DNA of 62,184 nt, counting the filler, from Choristocarpus tenellus KU-1152 (taxonomy: Eukaryota > Protista > Phaeophyceae), in NCBI GenBank assembly GCA_964200185.2. It is 10 parts of 10 records of this genome, joined end to end, with 100 filler letters (N's around TTAATTAATTAA, not from the genome) between each part and the next. Parts side by side here need not be neighbours in the genome. Positions count along the whole stretch, not along the records: positions 28,111 to 38,562 come from CAXNAD020002920.1; positions 38,663 to 42,826 come from CAXNAD020015894.1; positions 42,927 to 51,886 come from CAXNAD020004161.1; 7 more parts are not named here. One strand, written 5' to 3'. Of the stretch, positions 37,159 through 50,800 are shown in pieces (positions within the stretch are counted from its first letter, which is position 1; the number at the start of each line of letters is the position of its first letter). Under the pieces are notes generated by a model, which saw only the letters and a list, made by a program, of their open reading frames with translations, did no database searches and was not told the origin of the DNA. Both the position numbers and the translations under genes were made by a program.

Positions 37159-39249
37159 CTGTCGTTTTTTCCAAGTGTGCACGTGTGCGTTTGTGCGTGT
37201 ACGTGGGTATGTTGTATTTGAGTGCTAAATGTGACCTTCTGCTATCTGTAGTGGCATGTCATACTACCTACACTACTACTAATACTATTCCTTTGATGTC
37301 AAAGGTATGTTTAGCAGGTCCATCTTTGATGCCCAATTTCTTCCCAGTTTAACACGGGGTGTGGACCTAGAACAGTTGAAAAGGAACAGTTGCCGCCCAC
37401 CAAAGTTAACAAAATTTCCTACCTGCTCCTGCCAACGTTCACACTAGCATCAGTTGGCTTGAATAGGGTATTCACATCATCTCTCACACCTTGGAAGGCA
37501 GGATTGGTACAGCTCATGAGTACACAAGCGCACTACCCTCAGTACACTGCAAAAAAGGGAAGCAAATGTATGCCAAGACCCAGAACACAAGATGCCACAA
37601 CATTTCAAGATCACTTCATAAACACTAGCATATGTCCGCAAACATGTTCACAAGCTACCAAAGAGTGTACTGCTTCACCAAGAAGAAGATGACGATATAG
37701 AATACGCTTTATTAAGTTAGAGCAAAGAGTGAGCCCAATCCATAATGGGGGTAGTTCCTAGTCTCCAAAATAACACTTTCACACATTTCAGTAGATCACA
37801 AACTAATCCCGATCCATCACTAATCTACTGCGCTAGACACATTATTTTGCTACATATATAATTACTATTTCACGTATTTTAATAGCAACATTTAGAGTGT
37901 ACAGTACTTCAAACCTTCTTCTTATCCGAACAGTATATGTGCACAGAAACACCAGACATAGAACAGCTCTTGATGAGTCAGCCATAGAAGGGCAACAACA
38001 CAGGATAAGCACAATACTTCACTAGACAACATCATGATGAATAACAGACTGTTTGATTGGTCAAAGACATAGCCTCATTGTTCCAAACTTAACACCTGCA
38101 CACAACAGTACACACCAAATGAGAAATGTCAATCCACCACCTAACACCATTGTGCTCCACTTCTTATAGAGAAGTGTATCAGTGTCATCATTCAGAGGGA
38201 GAAGTCAAAGACAATTCTCAAGTAGTTCAAAACACTTCAAAAGGCCCACACTTTATACACCTGACCTACCATCACAGGGTATACTGACAAGCAGAACAAC
38301 ATAGTGCACCTCCCTGCACACGCAATTACGTCTCAAGAATACAGAGCCCAAATCCACTGTCGCTGCACTTGATTCACTATAGTTCAAAATTCTTCTACAT
38401 CAGAATCTATCTAGTTCCAGAACCCTGGTGGCTCCAACGCCAGTGGGCACTACCTGCGAAACCCATACCACTTCCTGGAGAAAACACGACAACTGCAATA
38501 CTCCAGTGCACGACTGGAAAATACTCAACTGTCTCTACACTACTACAAGCAGCCCTCCCCCCNNNNNNNNNNNNNNNNNNNNNNNNNNNNNNNNNNNNNN
38601 NNNNNNTTAATTAATTAANNNNNNNNNNNNNNNNNNNNNNNNNNNNNNNNNNNNNNNNNNNNGGTTTCCCCCCTGACACATCTGCAAAATGTCAGAGGGC
38701 ATAATAATATATATATATATATATATCAATTGTGTATTATCACATATCGATACAGGGCATCAAACATAGTAGGCTTGCTTAGGGTTATAACGTGGTGCAT
38801 CACCATCACCAACCATTCATGACACATGCCACACACACAATGTGAGTAGTATTGTAGTGCTTTGTATTACTCTCAGTACCTAGTACGTGCCCCTCTCTTT
38901 GTTGCCGGCTAATTATCGTGGTTGTGACAGTATTGATACAACTGCGGGGAAGCGGAGACTCTTGTTCGCAGGATTGGTTACACACATGAGAGATGGGATA
39001 CTTTCAAAGATGTTGATTTTGGGGATCTATCTAGCGAATGGAAAACGGAAGTGAGGAGGCTGGGAAAAACAGCAGTGATTAATAGATGCATAAATGAGAT
39101 GTTTGGGTTAATGCCTGACTGAGGAGTAGAAGACCATGACAGCAAATAAACACGACCGGTGGTATGCATGTGTGGTTGATGGAGTCGAGTACTTCATGAA
39201 TGAGTGGCATCACAGAGAGACAACACTAGGTGGCATACGCCATGATATA

Positions 39250-40500
39250 GTGAAAGATAAGGTGTTCTTTTGGCAATAAGAGCTTAGGGATGTTGATGTG
39301 TCACGGAAGATATGTCCCTCGAGTCAGGTCTTGGAGTTATTTGTTTTTTGTAGAATGTACCTTGAATACCTCTTTGCACTCTGGTATCCTATCTTATTAG
39401 GGGGGAGATTCCTTTAGGCCCTTTATATTAATCTAGTGTTTCTAAAATCTTTTGCCCAACACTCAATTTTCTATGCCTGGAATACAGCTAACCCCCACCA
39501 AGGGATTAAGAGGACACGGTTGTAGAAGCGGAGAACAACATTTATCCACGTAAGCGTGAGATCAACCTCCAGAGTGCCAAAAGCACTTGTGCCAGATGGT
39601 AGTCACAGGGGCCCCAAGCACTCATCGATACCCCCCTCTAAAAAAGGATGACTTACTTCTCCCTACTTCTCTTTTCTCGCTTCTCATGTATACTGTTGTG
39701 TTGTATTTGGGAGTATTTTATCGCCCTCTCACTTCCAATGACTACAGGTCTGGGACCCCTCACACTCATGTTAAGGAAATAGTGGCAACGAAGAAAAGAT
39801 ATATTATAATCAGAGAGAGGTCATGGATGGGTGGGCACACTAATCATGCATGTTGCTGGGAACTTCTTCAATTCGTTGTCACATTCCAGGATGTTCATCC
39901 TTATCGAGTGTTATCGCCATCACCATCAAACCCTGGACTACTACCTTCGCACTCATGGTATGCAGCAGCTCCTTGTCTCCACTCGCTCAATCTTTTGAAT
40001 TGTTCCTACAACATGTGCAACTAATTGATAGTGTTCTTAATTTCAGGTAGACAGTATTAAGTACACTACCGGAACTAAAAAAGACATGCGGCATACAAGA
40101 CAGGCTCTCCCTTGGACAGTCCAATGTACACTGCTTGCTCCAATAATCTCGGCAAGAGCACTGAACATATCTTCTCCGGAGTTGTATCCTCTACCCATGA
40201 TGCACAAAGTGCTACCCACATCCACCTACTACCCCATACAGCACCAATCACTACTGCAGGAGCTCAATGCCAGAGGTTTACTTGCAGGGCCAAGTTGCCA
40301 ACACCCCACCAAGCATGTGTAACTCCCTCCTCCCAGCAGGGTTGCATAGCTCTGGCCGCCAGCTCTGGGGCGAATGTTGGCCCCTTGGTGGCCGAACATT
40401 GGGCCAGGGGTGTGAATGTGGGCCGCAATCCTGGACTCCTGGGCAGAGGCATTTGTCTTCCTCCATCAGGGGGGAGAGTGACCCAGGATGTGCCAGCGGT
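39250..40500. mobile_element. Possible decayed non-LTR retroelement relic
   Basis: Coding-like, stop-ridden sequence without exon structure; no diagnostic motif was readable. Confidence 0.2.
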
Positions 40501-40996
40501 GGTCTCCACCGCTTGATTGGAGACAAAAAAAGAGTGGGACATCCATCACCAGCAACGTACACGAAAGGATCAGGGATGAAACAGGGAGAAGAGGGATCAA
40601 GACGCTCTTTTAATCCACAATAGGGTACAATAGGGCACGGTTTTTGTACCCCACAACAAAGAAAGAGTGACATAGAAAATGAAATTTTGAGTCACAAATA
40701 AACGAACAAAAGAGTGGCCTAGAAACCAAATTTTTATTCCTACTAGCCGTAACAATAGTTACTTCCATTTGATACCACTATTTTTAGTACTCTGCGTACG
40801 TACGTGGTGGTTGTGTGCAACGATACCTATTGTCTTGCTTCAACACTTTACTTGGTATATACTCCAAAAGTCTCTAACTATAGCAGCAGTAAAAGGTAAC
40901 GCTTTGTTTTACTGAAGAAGTCCGGATAATTAATTGTCGTTCTTGTTATCACACATACAACAAGGACAACAAAGGCTATGCTGCTTTGACCAGTAG

Positions 40997-41203
40997 CTAA
41001 CTAATACCACCGTCAATGAGTACAGTTGTTGTTGTTGTGGGTGAAACCCTTAACAATCTCTCTATGGAACTCTGTGTGAAATTGCCGCCTGATCCCTTCC
41101 TCCCTCTCTCTCCCTTAGGTGGGCGGGCGGGAAGATAGTCAATCCTCTCCTTGATGTCCTCGAAGCGATAACCCTTCTCGTAATGACTCTCCTGGCCCTT
41201 ATT
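40997..41203 (-). CDS. Probable terminal exon of an unidentified gene
   Basis: After tttcag, a 69-codon frame NKGQESHYEKGYRFEDIKERIDYLPARPPKGERGRKGSGG...GGIS ends in TAG. Upstream exons were not identified. Confidence 0.45.
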   Translation of the reverse strand, partial: NKGQESHYEKGYRFEDIKERIDYLPARPPKGERGRKGSGGNFTQSSIERLLRVSPTTTTTVLIDGGIS

Positions 41204-41499
41204 CTGAAACGTGTGAGCTATTTTTCTTTGATCTACACATAGTAGTAGCGATGATGATGTATCCTAGTTCCTATCTTTCAGCCATATTCTCTGGCTACGA
41301 GCACAGCAACCCTCCACCCTTCCTTTCTTGTCCTTTCTTTGCCGTCTCTCCTCTCGCTCCGTCCCTCTCCACATCTCACAGAAGGGTATAGATGCTGCAA
41401 AATTGTAGAACAGTAATTCGCCGAAACATGAGTACGCCAGAGTATTGAAGTATCATCTGGTGAGTGCATTCAATTGTTTCCTTCTTGTGCTACCGAGTT

Positions 41500-41757
41500 G
41501 AGTGAAAGTATCTTAGAGGGTACGAGTTTTGCCCAGTTTGTCCATTTGGGGCTTGGCTTCCCACGTTTTTTTATGACATTTCCTCCTACTCCAAACATTT
41601 CGGAGTAGGTAAAATGTGTGTGTTATGAAAAGGTGTGTCCGGAACAAGGATATTGACACTTCCTAACAAACACGATAGCCAAAATTACATTAAAATTGCA
41701 ACATTGGACTTTAGCCCCCAAACGGGCGCGGCTCTACCCTCAAAGATGCTTCGACTC
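41500..41757 (+). mobile_element. MITE family A, complete (258 bp)
   Basis: TIRs GAGTGAAAGTATCTTAGAGGGTA / TACCCTCAAAGATGCTTCGACTC; 4-bp TSD AGTT. Confidence 0.9.
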
Positions 41758-42049
41758 AGTTGCACATACATTCTCTGGAGTATAATATATGCATACAACA
41801 ATAGTGGGCGTGTTCCACATTGCGTTCTGGGTGTCTCTTTTTTTTGCGCACATGCATGCAGACCTGTGTGATGTGTGCATAGACTGGCTTCTTGGTACCT
41901 GTATGTGCTTTAATGGGCAGTTCTTGTGAAGAAGATACTTAGTTATAAGAGATTAGCAAGTGCTGTCCTTTATTTACCAGGCAGATTGATACTTCTACAT
42001 ACATATCACCACCCCATACGCTGAATATAGAAATTTCATTTTGACAATT

Positions 42050-42311
42050 GAGCCAAAGCATCTTAGAGGGTTAGAGCCGCGTCCATTTGAGGGTCAAAAC
42101 CCAATGTTGCGATTTTGATGTAATTTTGGCTATATCGTGTTTGTTAGGAAGTGTCAATATCTATGTTTTGGACATATCTTTTCATAACGTATTTATTTTA
42201 CCTACTCCTAAACTTTTTGGAGAAGGAAAATGTCATTAAGAAAAACATGGGAAGCCAAGTCCCAAATGGACAAACAGGTCAAAACTCGTACCCTCTAAGA
42301 TACTTTCACTC
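42050..42311 (-). mobile_element. MITE family A, complete, inverted relative to the 41500 copy
   Basis: GAGCCAAAGCATCTTAGAGGG...TACCCTCTAAGATACTTTCACTC; 4-bp TSD AATT. Confidence 0.9.
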
Positions 42312-43929
42312 AATTATTTAGGAAGTCTAACAATTTGAAGTATTCACTGTGGGCACCTCACCTTAGAATATGACATGTGTGGAGACATATGGTATTTTAT
42401 ACTTCAATACTAGTACCGGATCCAGCTCATATACTTTCCACCTCCAAAAAAAATTCTTCACCAGAAGGAAAAAAGGAATCATATAAATGAGGGAATGTCA
42501 GCTCCTCATAATATATATGCATGTATACATTTGTACTTTACATCAACATCACCGTCAACAGCAATCATGCAAACGCAAGATATTCAGGATCCTCTCATTT
42601 ATCATTACATTGCATGAAGACAGGCCGAAGTGAATTCGGTATGGATGTATTATCGGTTGGAGTAGAACTACCTAAGGTTAAGAGAAAGGAAGACGAGGAG
42701 CATGAACATTTGCTTCACGCACGTTACACACACACAGGAAAAAGAATTCCTTACCCTCTACACCTAGTGTTCATCCAGAGTAGGGTGATGCACTTGAGAT
42801 TCTGTTGAACAGATATGATAGGTTGGNNNNNNNNNNNNNNNNNNNNNNNNNNNNNNNNNNNNNNNNNNNNTTAATTAATTAANNNNNNNNNNNNNNNNNN
42901 NNNNNNNNNNNNNNNNNNNNNNNNNNGCAGAACAACCATCCTCATAGCCCCGCTCCATCCTCAATTTTGAAAATCCTCTGTTACATGAGAGGGACCCAAA
43001 AGATTGCAAATGCTCCTTTCAGGGAACAACGTAACAACAGCAGATAGAAGCGCTAACCAGAGTTGTAATGTATGCATTAGAAGAAAATAACAAAAAGCAA
43101 CTCCTAGACTAACACCGTGAAACCCTCCTACAGTGTAGAGCATAGTAATAGTTCGTGTGTAGGTCAGATTTGGTGCCAAGCCTTGACTTTACAACACAAC
43201 AATGTAGTAACCTCCCTCGCACACTACAAAAAAAGACTCAAGGAGTCACGTCATGCTCCTTCCTCTCCTCTCCTGTCTGACGCACAACCCTGAGGGTGAC
43301 TGCAGCCCAAAGGGGTCTATCTATAGTAATTGAATAAATCCCAACTCTACCAACTACAACAACAGCAGTAGTGCAGTACATAGTACAGATAGAGAAGTAT
43401 TTTTGTTTACATGAAAACAAAACTAGAAGTAGTTGCCCACATGCTCACGTTCCACATGGAACTGGTTACGTGATCTCTAAGAGGGTCACAAAATTAGACA
43501 CCGACACAAAACCATTCTTCAAGAGAGTAGAGTGAAGGAGTTGAAATTGAGAGATGATCAACAGTGTTTCGGTATTGAATCAGAGAAGGATGTGTCGAGT
43601 TCTACATAGATTAAGGAACATACATCCGTGCAATACGTTCTGCATGTGGAAACGGTAATTGATTGGGTTTATGTGATTGGATGTTTGGGATATCAGGTTA
43701 AAGTTGTGGTTAGGCTACGTAGTCGGGTGAAGGTATATTACATTGCCGAGGTATTAAGCTATGTTGCCTTCAATTCCCACATGCATTTGTTATTGATGTA
43801 GTAGGTTTGTTCACAACAGTCTAGAAGTTCAACATTGGATTCATTTGTTCACCTGATACTTAAGCAGGGGAAATCTCCAGCCAGTGCTATCAAGTTGTTG
43901 CCAAGGAAAGGGGAGGATATAAGCATAGA

Positions 43930-44103
43930 GACTCAAAGTATCTGGGGGGGAAGTCTACACCAGGGTGTCCATTTGGGCTATAACCAGGAAAAGCACACTT
44001 ACATTATCCATCCGATGTATGCATCAGAATCACACAAAAATCGCGACATGAAAAAATCGACCCCAAATGGACAGCCACCACACACACCCGGATACTTTGA
44101 GTC
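43930..44103 (+). mobile_element. MITE family B, complete (174 bp)
   Basis: TIRs GACTCAAAGTATC / GATACTTTGAGTC; 3-bp TSD AGA. Confidence 0.85.
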
Positions 44104-45782
44104 AGAGCAAACTTACTCACTGTAACTATTAAACCACTAATAACAATGGCTTGATCAGGGATAAAAGAAAAGGGAGTGGGAGAAATTCTCTTAAGGGTGC
44201 TCACAAGAGCGATAGAGGCTCAGCAATACATCCTCAATAGTAGTATTTATTGCTACTGTGTTGCGTGGCCAAATTATGGGCGATGGGGTTTTTTAATGAG
44301 AAGCACAAGAGATGAGGTTCAGGAAGGAAGTGAGATATGGGGCTGAGGCATACTGAGTGAGGGGTGGGAGCCTCGGAATAGCACGTCCCTCAATTCCCAC
44401 TTCAATTAGCTGCGATCAGTCAGAACAGAAAACAAAATCCCCAGCTTTGCTGGTTTGGATCCACTGTTCGTCTCCACTGTGACCCAATTGTGCGCCTAAC
44501 TCACGCCACATCACCTTGACTGGCCTCAATAGCAAAAGGTGGGCGTGGCATATTTGTGGATCATCAAAGATAGGGGTGATATCTTGCTGCTATGATAGAC
44601 GACAGATATGCTGCAGCAGGTTATGTCGGTGTGGTGACGGGAGGAGGAGATTGCATTACCCCTTCTGCTCCACCTAGTGTTGCAATAATATCGGGCTACC
44701 CCAGGAACTCCACCTGCTGAACCGTTTCGATCTACTCAATGGATACACCATCACATACATAGTCTGATGGTAGTAGTCCACTCTCAGACCAACCGTTCAA
44801 GACTTTAGTAAAGTAGGGTGTGGTGACTGGTTCAAGGACAATCAAAATAAAATCTTTGGGGAAGGGGACTTGGAGGATGAAATGTTCGTGAAAGGAACAG
44901 AAACGTCAGTTCCAAGGCAGATGGCTGGAATAACATTTACACAATTTAGTTGGACGTTACAGGGTAGATACTCATTGGTGACTCTCAAACTCTTTCCACG
45001 TACCTGATTGACACAAGGGTCATCAAAAGGGCACTTGCTTTGTTTGCAATAAGGTTCCTGTCTGAGGTTTTGAGGACGGGCGCAAACAGTGGGACCGGTT
45101 TGAGGGAGATGTCAAGGCCCGGAGTTCCAAGAGAATGCTCCTGGTCATAGACAGGGAGGCCCAGGAAAAGGTTGGAGCTGTACACCATATGCAAGCAGTG
45201 TCCATATTAGGGCGTCACCTATATCATCTCTCCACACCCCTTACGTGAGTCTATTCAAACACCTTCCCTAGGATAAACAACTGTGCAGTCACTAATCTTT
45301 GCATCCTTCAAGATCCATCAGGTCAGTACACCAGAGAACTAGCTCAGTTAAATACAAAAAAAAAAATTAACCTCACAGAATAGAATAATCAAACGCCAAA
45401 GATTCAAATGGAGCAAGATATGACTACACATAGCTAGTCCTGTCAGTTCAGCAAAAATTCATCATGCAACGCTAAATTTTCTAAGCCAGATCAGGCATGC
45501 ACCATCAAATTTGCCCTTGGCCATATAAATTCGACTAGAATAAGGTACCGCAAAAGATCCATAGCCTCAAAGCAAGTCAGCACAAATTCTGAAATGATCC
45601 CTCAGATTCAAAAATGATCAACTCTATTTTGCCTCACAAATGAAAGCTGATCATCATGAAACTGCACTACAACAAATAACACAACCTGTGAAAGGTCAAT
45701 CTGTGGGAGTGCCGATCACAAATACCTATTCATAAGTAGAACAAAAGGTAATCCTGATCTGAGCACACAGCAAACTGCGGGT

Positions 45783-45967
45783 GACCCAAACTATCTGGGG
45801 GGGGGTGGAGGGGTCTAGACCAGGGTGTCCATTTGGGCCATAACCAGGAAAAGAGCACTTACACTATCCATCCAACGTATGCAACCAAATCACCCAAAAA
45901 TTGCAACATAAAGAAATTGGACCCAAATGGACACCCACCACCCCCACCCCCCCAGATTCTTTTAGTC
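45783..45967 (+). mobile_element. MITE family B, complete
   Basis: GACCCAAACTATCTGGGG...CCCAGATTCTTTTAGTC; 3-bp TSD GGT; same body (cagggtgtccatttgggc.ataaccaggaaaag). Confidence 0.85.
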
Positions 45968-47876
45968 GGTAAGTACACATCTCATGGGACATAGTATAAG
46001 TGCATACAGACAATCTAGTGGCTACAAACTGTGCGAACTTGATCAGCACACAAACCAGAAAGCGTTGACAGGTACAAAATCAATCAGCAGTTGCACATAG
46101 AAGCCGGTGCTACCATCTTTGCAAGTCCTGCATATTCTGGCATTCATTTGTGCATTGTGCAATCCATACATGGAAATCCAAATAAAATACCATTCCAAAC
46201 ACTAAAAATAGATTCGAAGCAATTCCATTATCACCTGTTTATGAAAAATTCAAGAGCTGAGTGGTGCAGAAGCACGCCACAGTCTGACTGCAAAATTGTG
46301 CTATACAACCAGCAGCTTGCAAGCATTAAGGGTACCACAAAACACCCTCATATTAAAGTATTTCAAGGCTGGGACAGGTGCTTCCTCTGTGAAACCCTGC
46401 CAGGGGTTGCTGATATTTACCACGAAAACTAGCACAACTTACCACTTGGGTAACTGATTGTGCGATTGTGCATTCATATTACTATCTTGAGCATCTCTGC
46501 CTATAAAGAGTCAGCTGCAACGGGTTTACCCTTAAAAAGAGCTTGCTGTACTTGGGGAATGAAATCCCTTTGTCTGCAACTAAACAACCATCAACGGTTT
46601 GTCGTTGTGAACTTCAACATCATAAGAGTCACTAATGAGATACTTGACAAATCAGTCATATGCAGGCAATGCCAAATCCAAGTCTCCAGGCAAATATCAA
46701 TATCTTCCTCAGCACAATTAGGGAAACGAAAGCGGGGCGGGGAAATGTAATACTTAAAATAGAGGAGAAATTTCTTTATTGTGCACACACTATCCTGTCA
46801 AGACAGAGATTCAGCGAGTCTCTCCTTGGAGGGCTCATCAGTAGTGAGTGCTGTAAAGCCAAATGCCAAAAACAAAGAAGCATGCAACAAGATCAAATTG
46901 AATGCTTATTTAGTACCAAGATTTTATAGCCTTTAAGCATATCCAGAAGGGCTTAAGAGGCAAGGTTGGTTCATTGTAGGCACAATTCTCACCATATTTG
47001 TCGAAATCTCAAGCAGTTCGCTGCATCCCCCTTGTTATCTCCGCCCGGATGATCTCTACGATTAAATGTGCCGGGTTCTCACCATGTGCGTCATATTCCT
47101 CGGCTCCACCACGATCGACAGCGTCTTCCCCTCCACGCCTAAAGCAATAAAGAAGGGATCGAGATCCCCCTCAGAAAGTTGTACGTCTAAACAAGTCTCA
47201 AACACTCATCAATCATTTTACTCTTCCACATCACGCCTCACGCCTTTATTTTCTCGTCGGCACTCTCCTCCTTACACAGGCACATTCCTGACATTCCATC
47301 TGCTGCACCCATCTTGTATCTGCTGTGTGTCTCTGACTCTTGCTACGAACAATTTGACAGATCTCCTTCTTGACCTTGGCAAAGATGCAATAGTTGGCAT
47401 ATTAATGAATGGTACCCTCTAGCCAAACCAATACAAGGAAGCCGATGACAACTACCTCGCACCCTTATTCACTTTGTAGCAGGATATTCTCAGCACGAAC
47501 AATTTTGTAAGATGTCAGCCATGTATTGGAACGATTTTCGGTGTCAACTTGGTTCAAATCGACAAATTTGCGAGATGATCTCAGTCCAATCCACATCCGC
47601 GCGCGCATACACAAGTGCATAGCGCGCAGTTTTCTTGATCATTGATGATGTTCCCATCAATATCAAACACACAAAGCTCTTCAGAATTTTCAGAACACTT
47701 CCCGTTGACGGTCGTAATGTTATGACGTCATCATCAGATCTGAGATTCCATTCAAACTTCTCCCAAGATTAGATGGCTGAGGGAGGTCTGAAAGTACTCC
47801 ATCGTGATAATTAAAAAATATGAAGTTGGACACGTTTTTATTTATATTATGCCGTCTACTACATTTTGCAGATGTA

Positions 47877-50800
47877 TGCCTTACAGCACGCTCCAAAAGC
47901 TTATCGACACAGCATATAGCTCTGATCCAACGGCCTATAGATGGCGCTGATGCTTGTACAGGACTCCTGGGACACTCCAACAGTCAAAAGGTCCAACGAG
48001 GATGATGAATATCATGTCAGCAAGGATAAGGGAACTCTTATGAATCATTAAGCATGAATGTGAGAATTGGTATCAGTTAAGAGTGAGCCATGTGGGGGCT
48101 CCTGTCATCATTTAACGTTTTGTTTTTATTTTGGTTTACAGACGTTGACATACATCTGAGAACTGTTGCATACATTCCCAAGTTACAGATCTTACTCTGC
48201 AACTTTTAGCAAATCGGAGTTCCCCCTTTTGGAGTTCCACATACATTAACCTATACTGCTCGCGCGGGAAGAAATATTTGCGCTATTCGCCTGTAACATT
48301 TCCTTAGTGTGAACTAGGTATACACGTTACATGCTTACCACAGGCGATTGTCATGGGTTAAGACAAATGGTATCATCCGCCACCTCAGATCGTGCTGCAG
48401 CAGCATGTATGTGTTGGTTGCCATTTAATGACAGAAGGGCTCCAGCAGTACCAAATTTGCCAGTTGTTTCCAACACAGGGATTCCAGTTCCAAATTAACC
48501 AGTTGTTTCCAACAATGATCGACTTATCTCCTAGCTTCGTTTGGGAGTGGATCCCCAAAGCGTCGTAAGACACAGCCAGAATCAATAAAAAAAATGCCTG
48601 GACGAAATCAGAGTATATACTTTCATATATATATATATAACTCTGACTAGGTCCAAAATAGATCAACAAATATCCTTGTTTCCTTGGGATAATCTGTCCC
48701 AAGGGTCACTGAATACCATCAGAGTCAGTTTGCATCTGTCCTAATCTGAGTATAAACTTGGTCCTTCTGAAAGACCCAAAGTATCTAGGGGGGAGGGGGG
48801 GTCTGCACCAGGGTGTCCATTTGGCCCATAACCAGGAAAAACGTACTTGCATTCTCCATCTGACGCGGCTTCTTGGTTCCAACTTCTGCTATTCTACGAT
48901 AGTTGGGCGTGGTCTTGTGTTAGGATTGTAAAGGTCCCAGAAGTCATGATAAACATCCAACTGTAGTGAGGTAAAGCTGTTCATTGCTTCTATTGTTGCT
49001 ATCCAGTCTGACAACCATCCATTTTAGAACTTCTTGTTGTACTTCAGTGCCATTTGCTGAGGGCTGACAAAGGTACACTGCTACTACAGGATCTGGATGT
49101 TGGAACTCTGACAAAAGGTACCCATGATGACTGTGGGGATGTTCGGAAGTCTTGACCTTCTCGAAAAGACAGTATGCTCTGGTGTTGTCTACAAAATGCG
49201 GCTCCTAAAATAATTTCGTAAGGCAGCCCCACCATCCAAAATGTCACACTTCGCACTTTACCCTCTAGGGGAAACGTTATTGGAAGTCTACATGGCCCCA
49301 ATACCTGCATTGGGTGGAATATTGCAAGGTACCTTTACCTGCGATGTTGAGATGTGGTAAGTCGTTGCCACCCCCCCACCCCCCCAAAGAGCAGTGCTGC
49401 GCAAAAAACCGACGAAGCGTAAATCACACCTCCTACACCTGTGTCAAGGAGTACCTGGACAGGCATTCTCGAGTGGACTTTGTGTAGATGCTATAGCAGG
49501 GCAGATATCCATATTTGACTAATATGATGGGCAGGTGTCATGACGAATATTATAGAGTTGGGAATGGGAGTCTTACTGTCTATAGTTGGAATGACAGGGA
49601 TCCCTGGAGCCTCAGAGACTCCAGGGTGCAGCTTCTAACGACTCTGCAGTGTCCGAATCGGTTGGACTTCACGCGAATAGTGGAAGGAGTTCCAAGTCTT
49701 GTTTCGCTGCTAGGTATTGGAGGTGTGTATCTGTTCAGGCTACCATCATACACGACTCTTCAGTGGATGGAGCTCCTGGAGATCCCTGATAGGTTGTTTA
49801 AAGGTACGAGAAGTATCCCTTGGGAACTACCAAGTCGTCGTGTGTGTACCTGCACTTGCCGTTTGTGGACCTGAAGCAGCCTTGACCGTAGGCATGATGA
49901 CAGCAAGCACAGTGTGCTCTTAGCCATGTATCAACTTTATCCTGGGAGGCAGATGGTGGAAGTAGGTCTTTGTCCGAATGGTGTCGACTTGTATCGCTCA
50001 CCCTGTCTGTCGCTAAGGAAAGTAGGGACCAAAGCGCAGACTGGGGAACGGATGTGACTGGTTAAACGGATTTTGATGCATTGCTTTTTGGAACGCACGA
50101 GGTCCCTTGTTTCCCAGGAATGGAGGCAGGTTCGTTGTTTAAGGCAGCACAGACAACGAGCGAGGAGTTCTGGGTTAAAACAGTTGAAGCATTTTCACGA
50201 GGGCTGCAGTACATTGTTGACAACCTCTTGGTGTGGCAATGAAATTGGCTTGTTACCTCTTCGTGCATGGACGTTCTGTTCTGGCAAGAGAGTCCCAGTT
50301 CCTGCCTGCCGATCGGGGTTTTGGCTGAGTCGGTGAAAGGGTGTGACATGCTAGCAAACACAGCACGCACATCTCCCATGTTACTCAAATCAGTGTGAGT
50401 CTTATCCTTGTGTGATCCACGTTCTGCAGCATTTGGGTTTGCTGGGACAAATGTTTATTGGTCGCTTCGATTGGATAACTCCTCTATAAGATCATCAAAG
50501 ATCCGTTGTGCTTTGATTTGATGGTTCACCATTTCGTTCCCCAAGGATTATGCTTCGCAATTGCTAGTGGGTGAATTTGTTTTTTACTTTCTGTTCGAAA
50601 TAGAATGCCATGGTCTGGACTCTGTTTTGGTTAGGATATAATGGAGGAGAGCTGGGAGGGTTCGTTCACACAGATGAATGAATTGATCTTCACCTATGTA
50701 TCCCCCCCCCAAAAAGAGCTTCGTATATATGAGGCATCCACGAGTCCACGGTATACACTCGATAGTGCAAAACTAGGCAATTGGCTGCACCTTCGACGAC

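Noticed and set aside
36549-37352. 267-aa plus-strand ORF (longest in the track)
   Set aside because: Antisense to the FG-GAP protein exon, which carries the recognisable motifs and splice sites.
48067-48080. TGGTATCAG resembling a tRNA-iMet primer-binding site
   Set aside because: It lies inside both LTR copies and the match stops after 9 nt; element polarity puts the PBS at 51559-51571.
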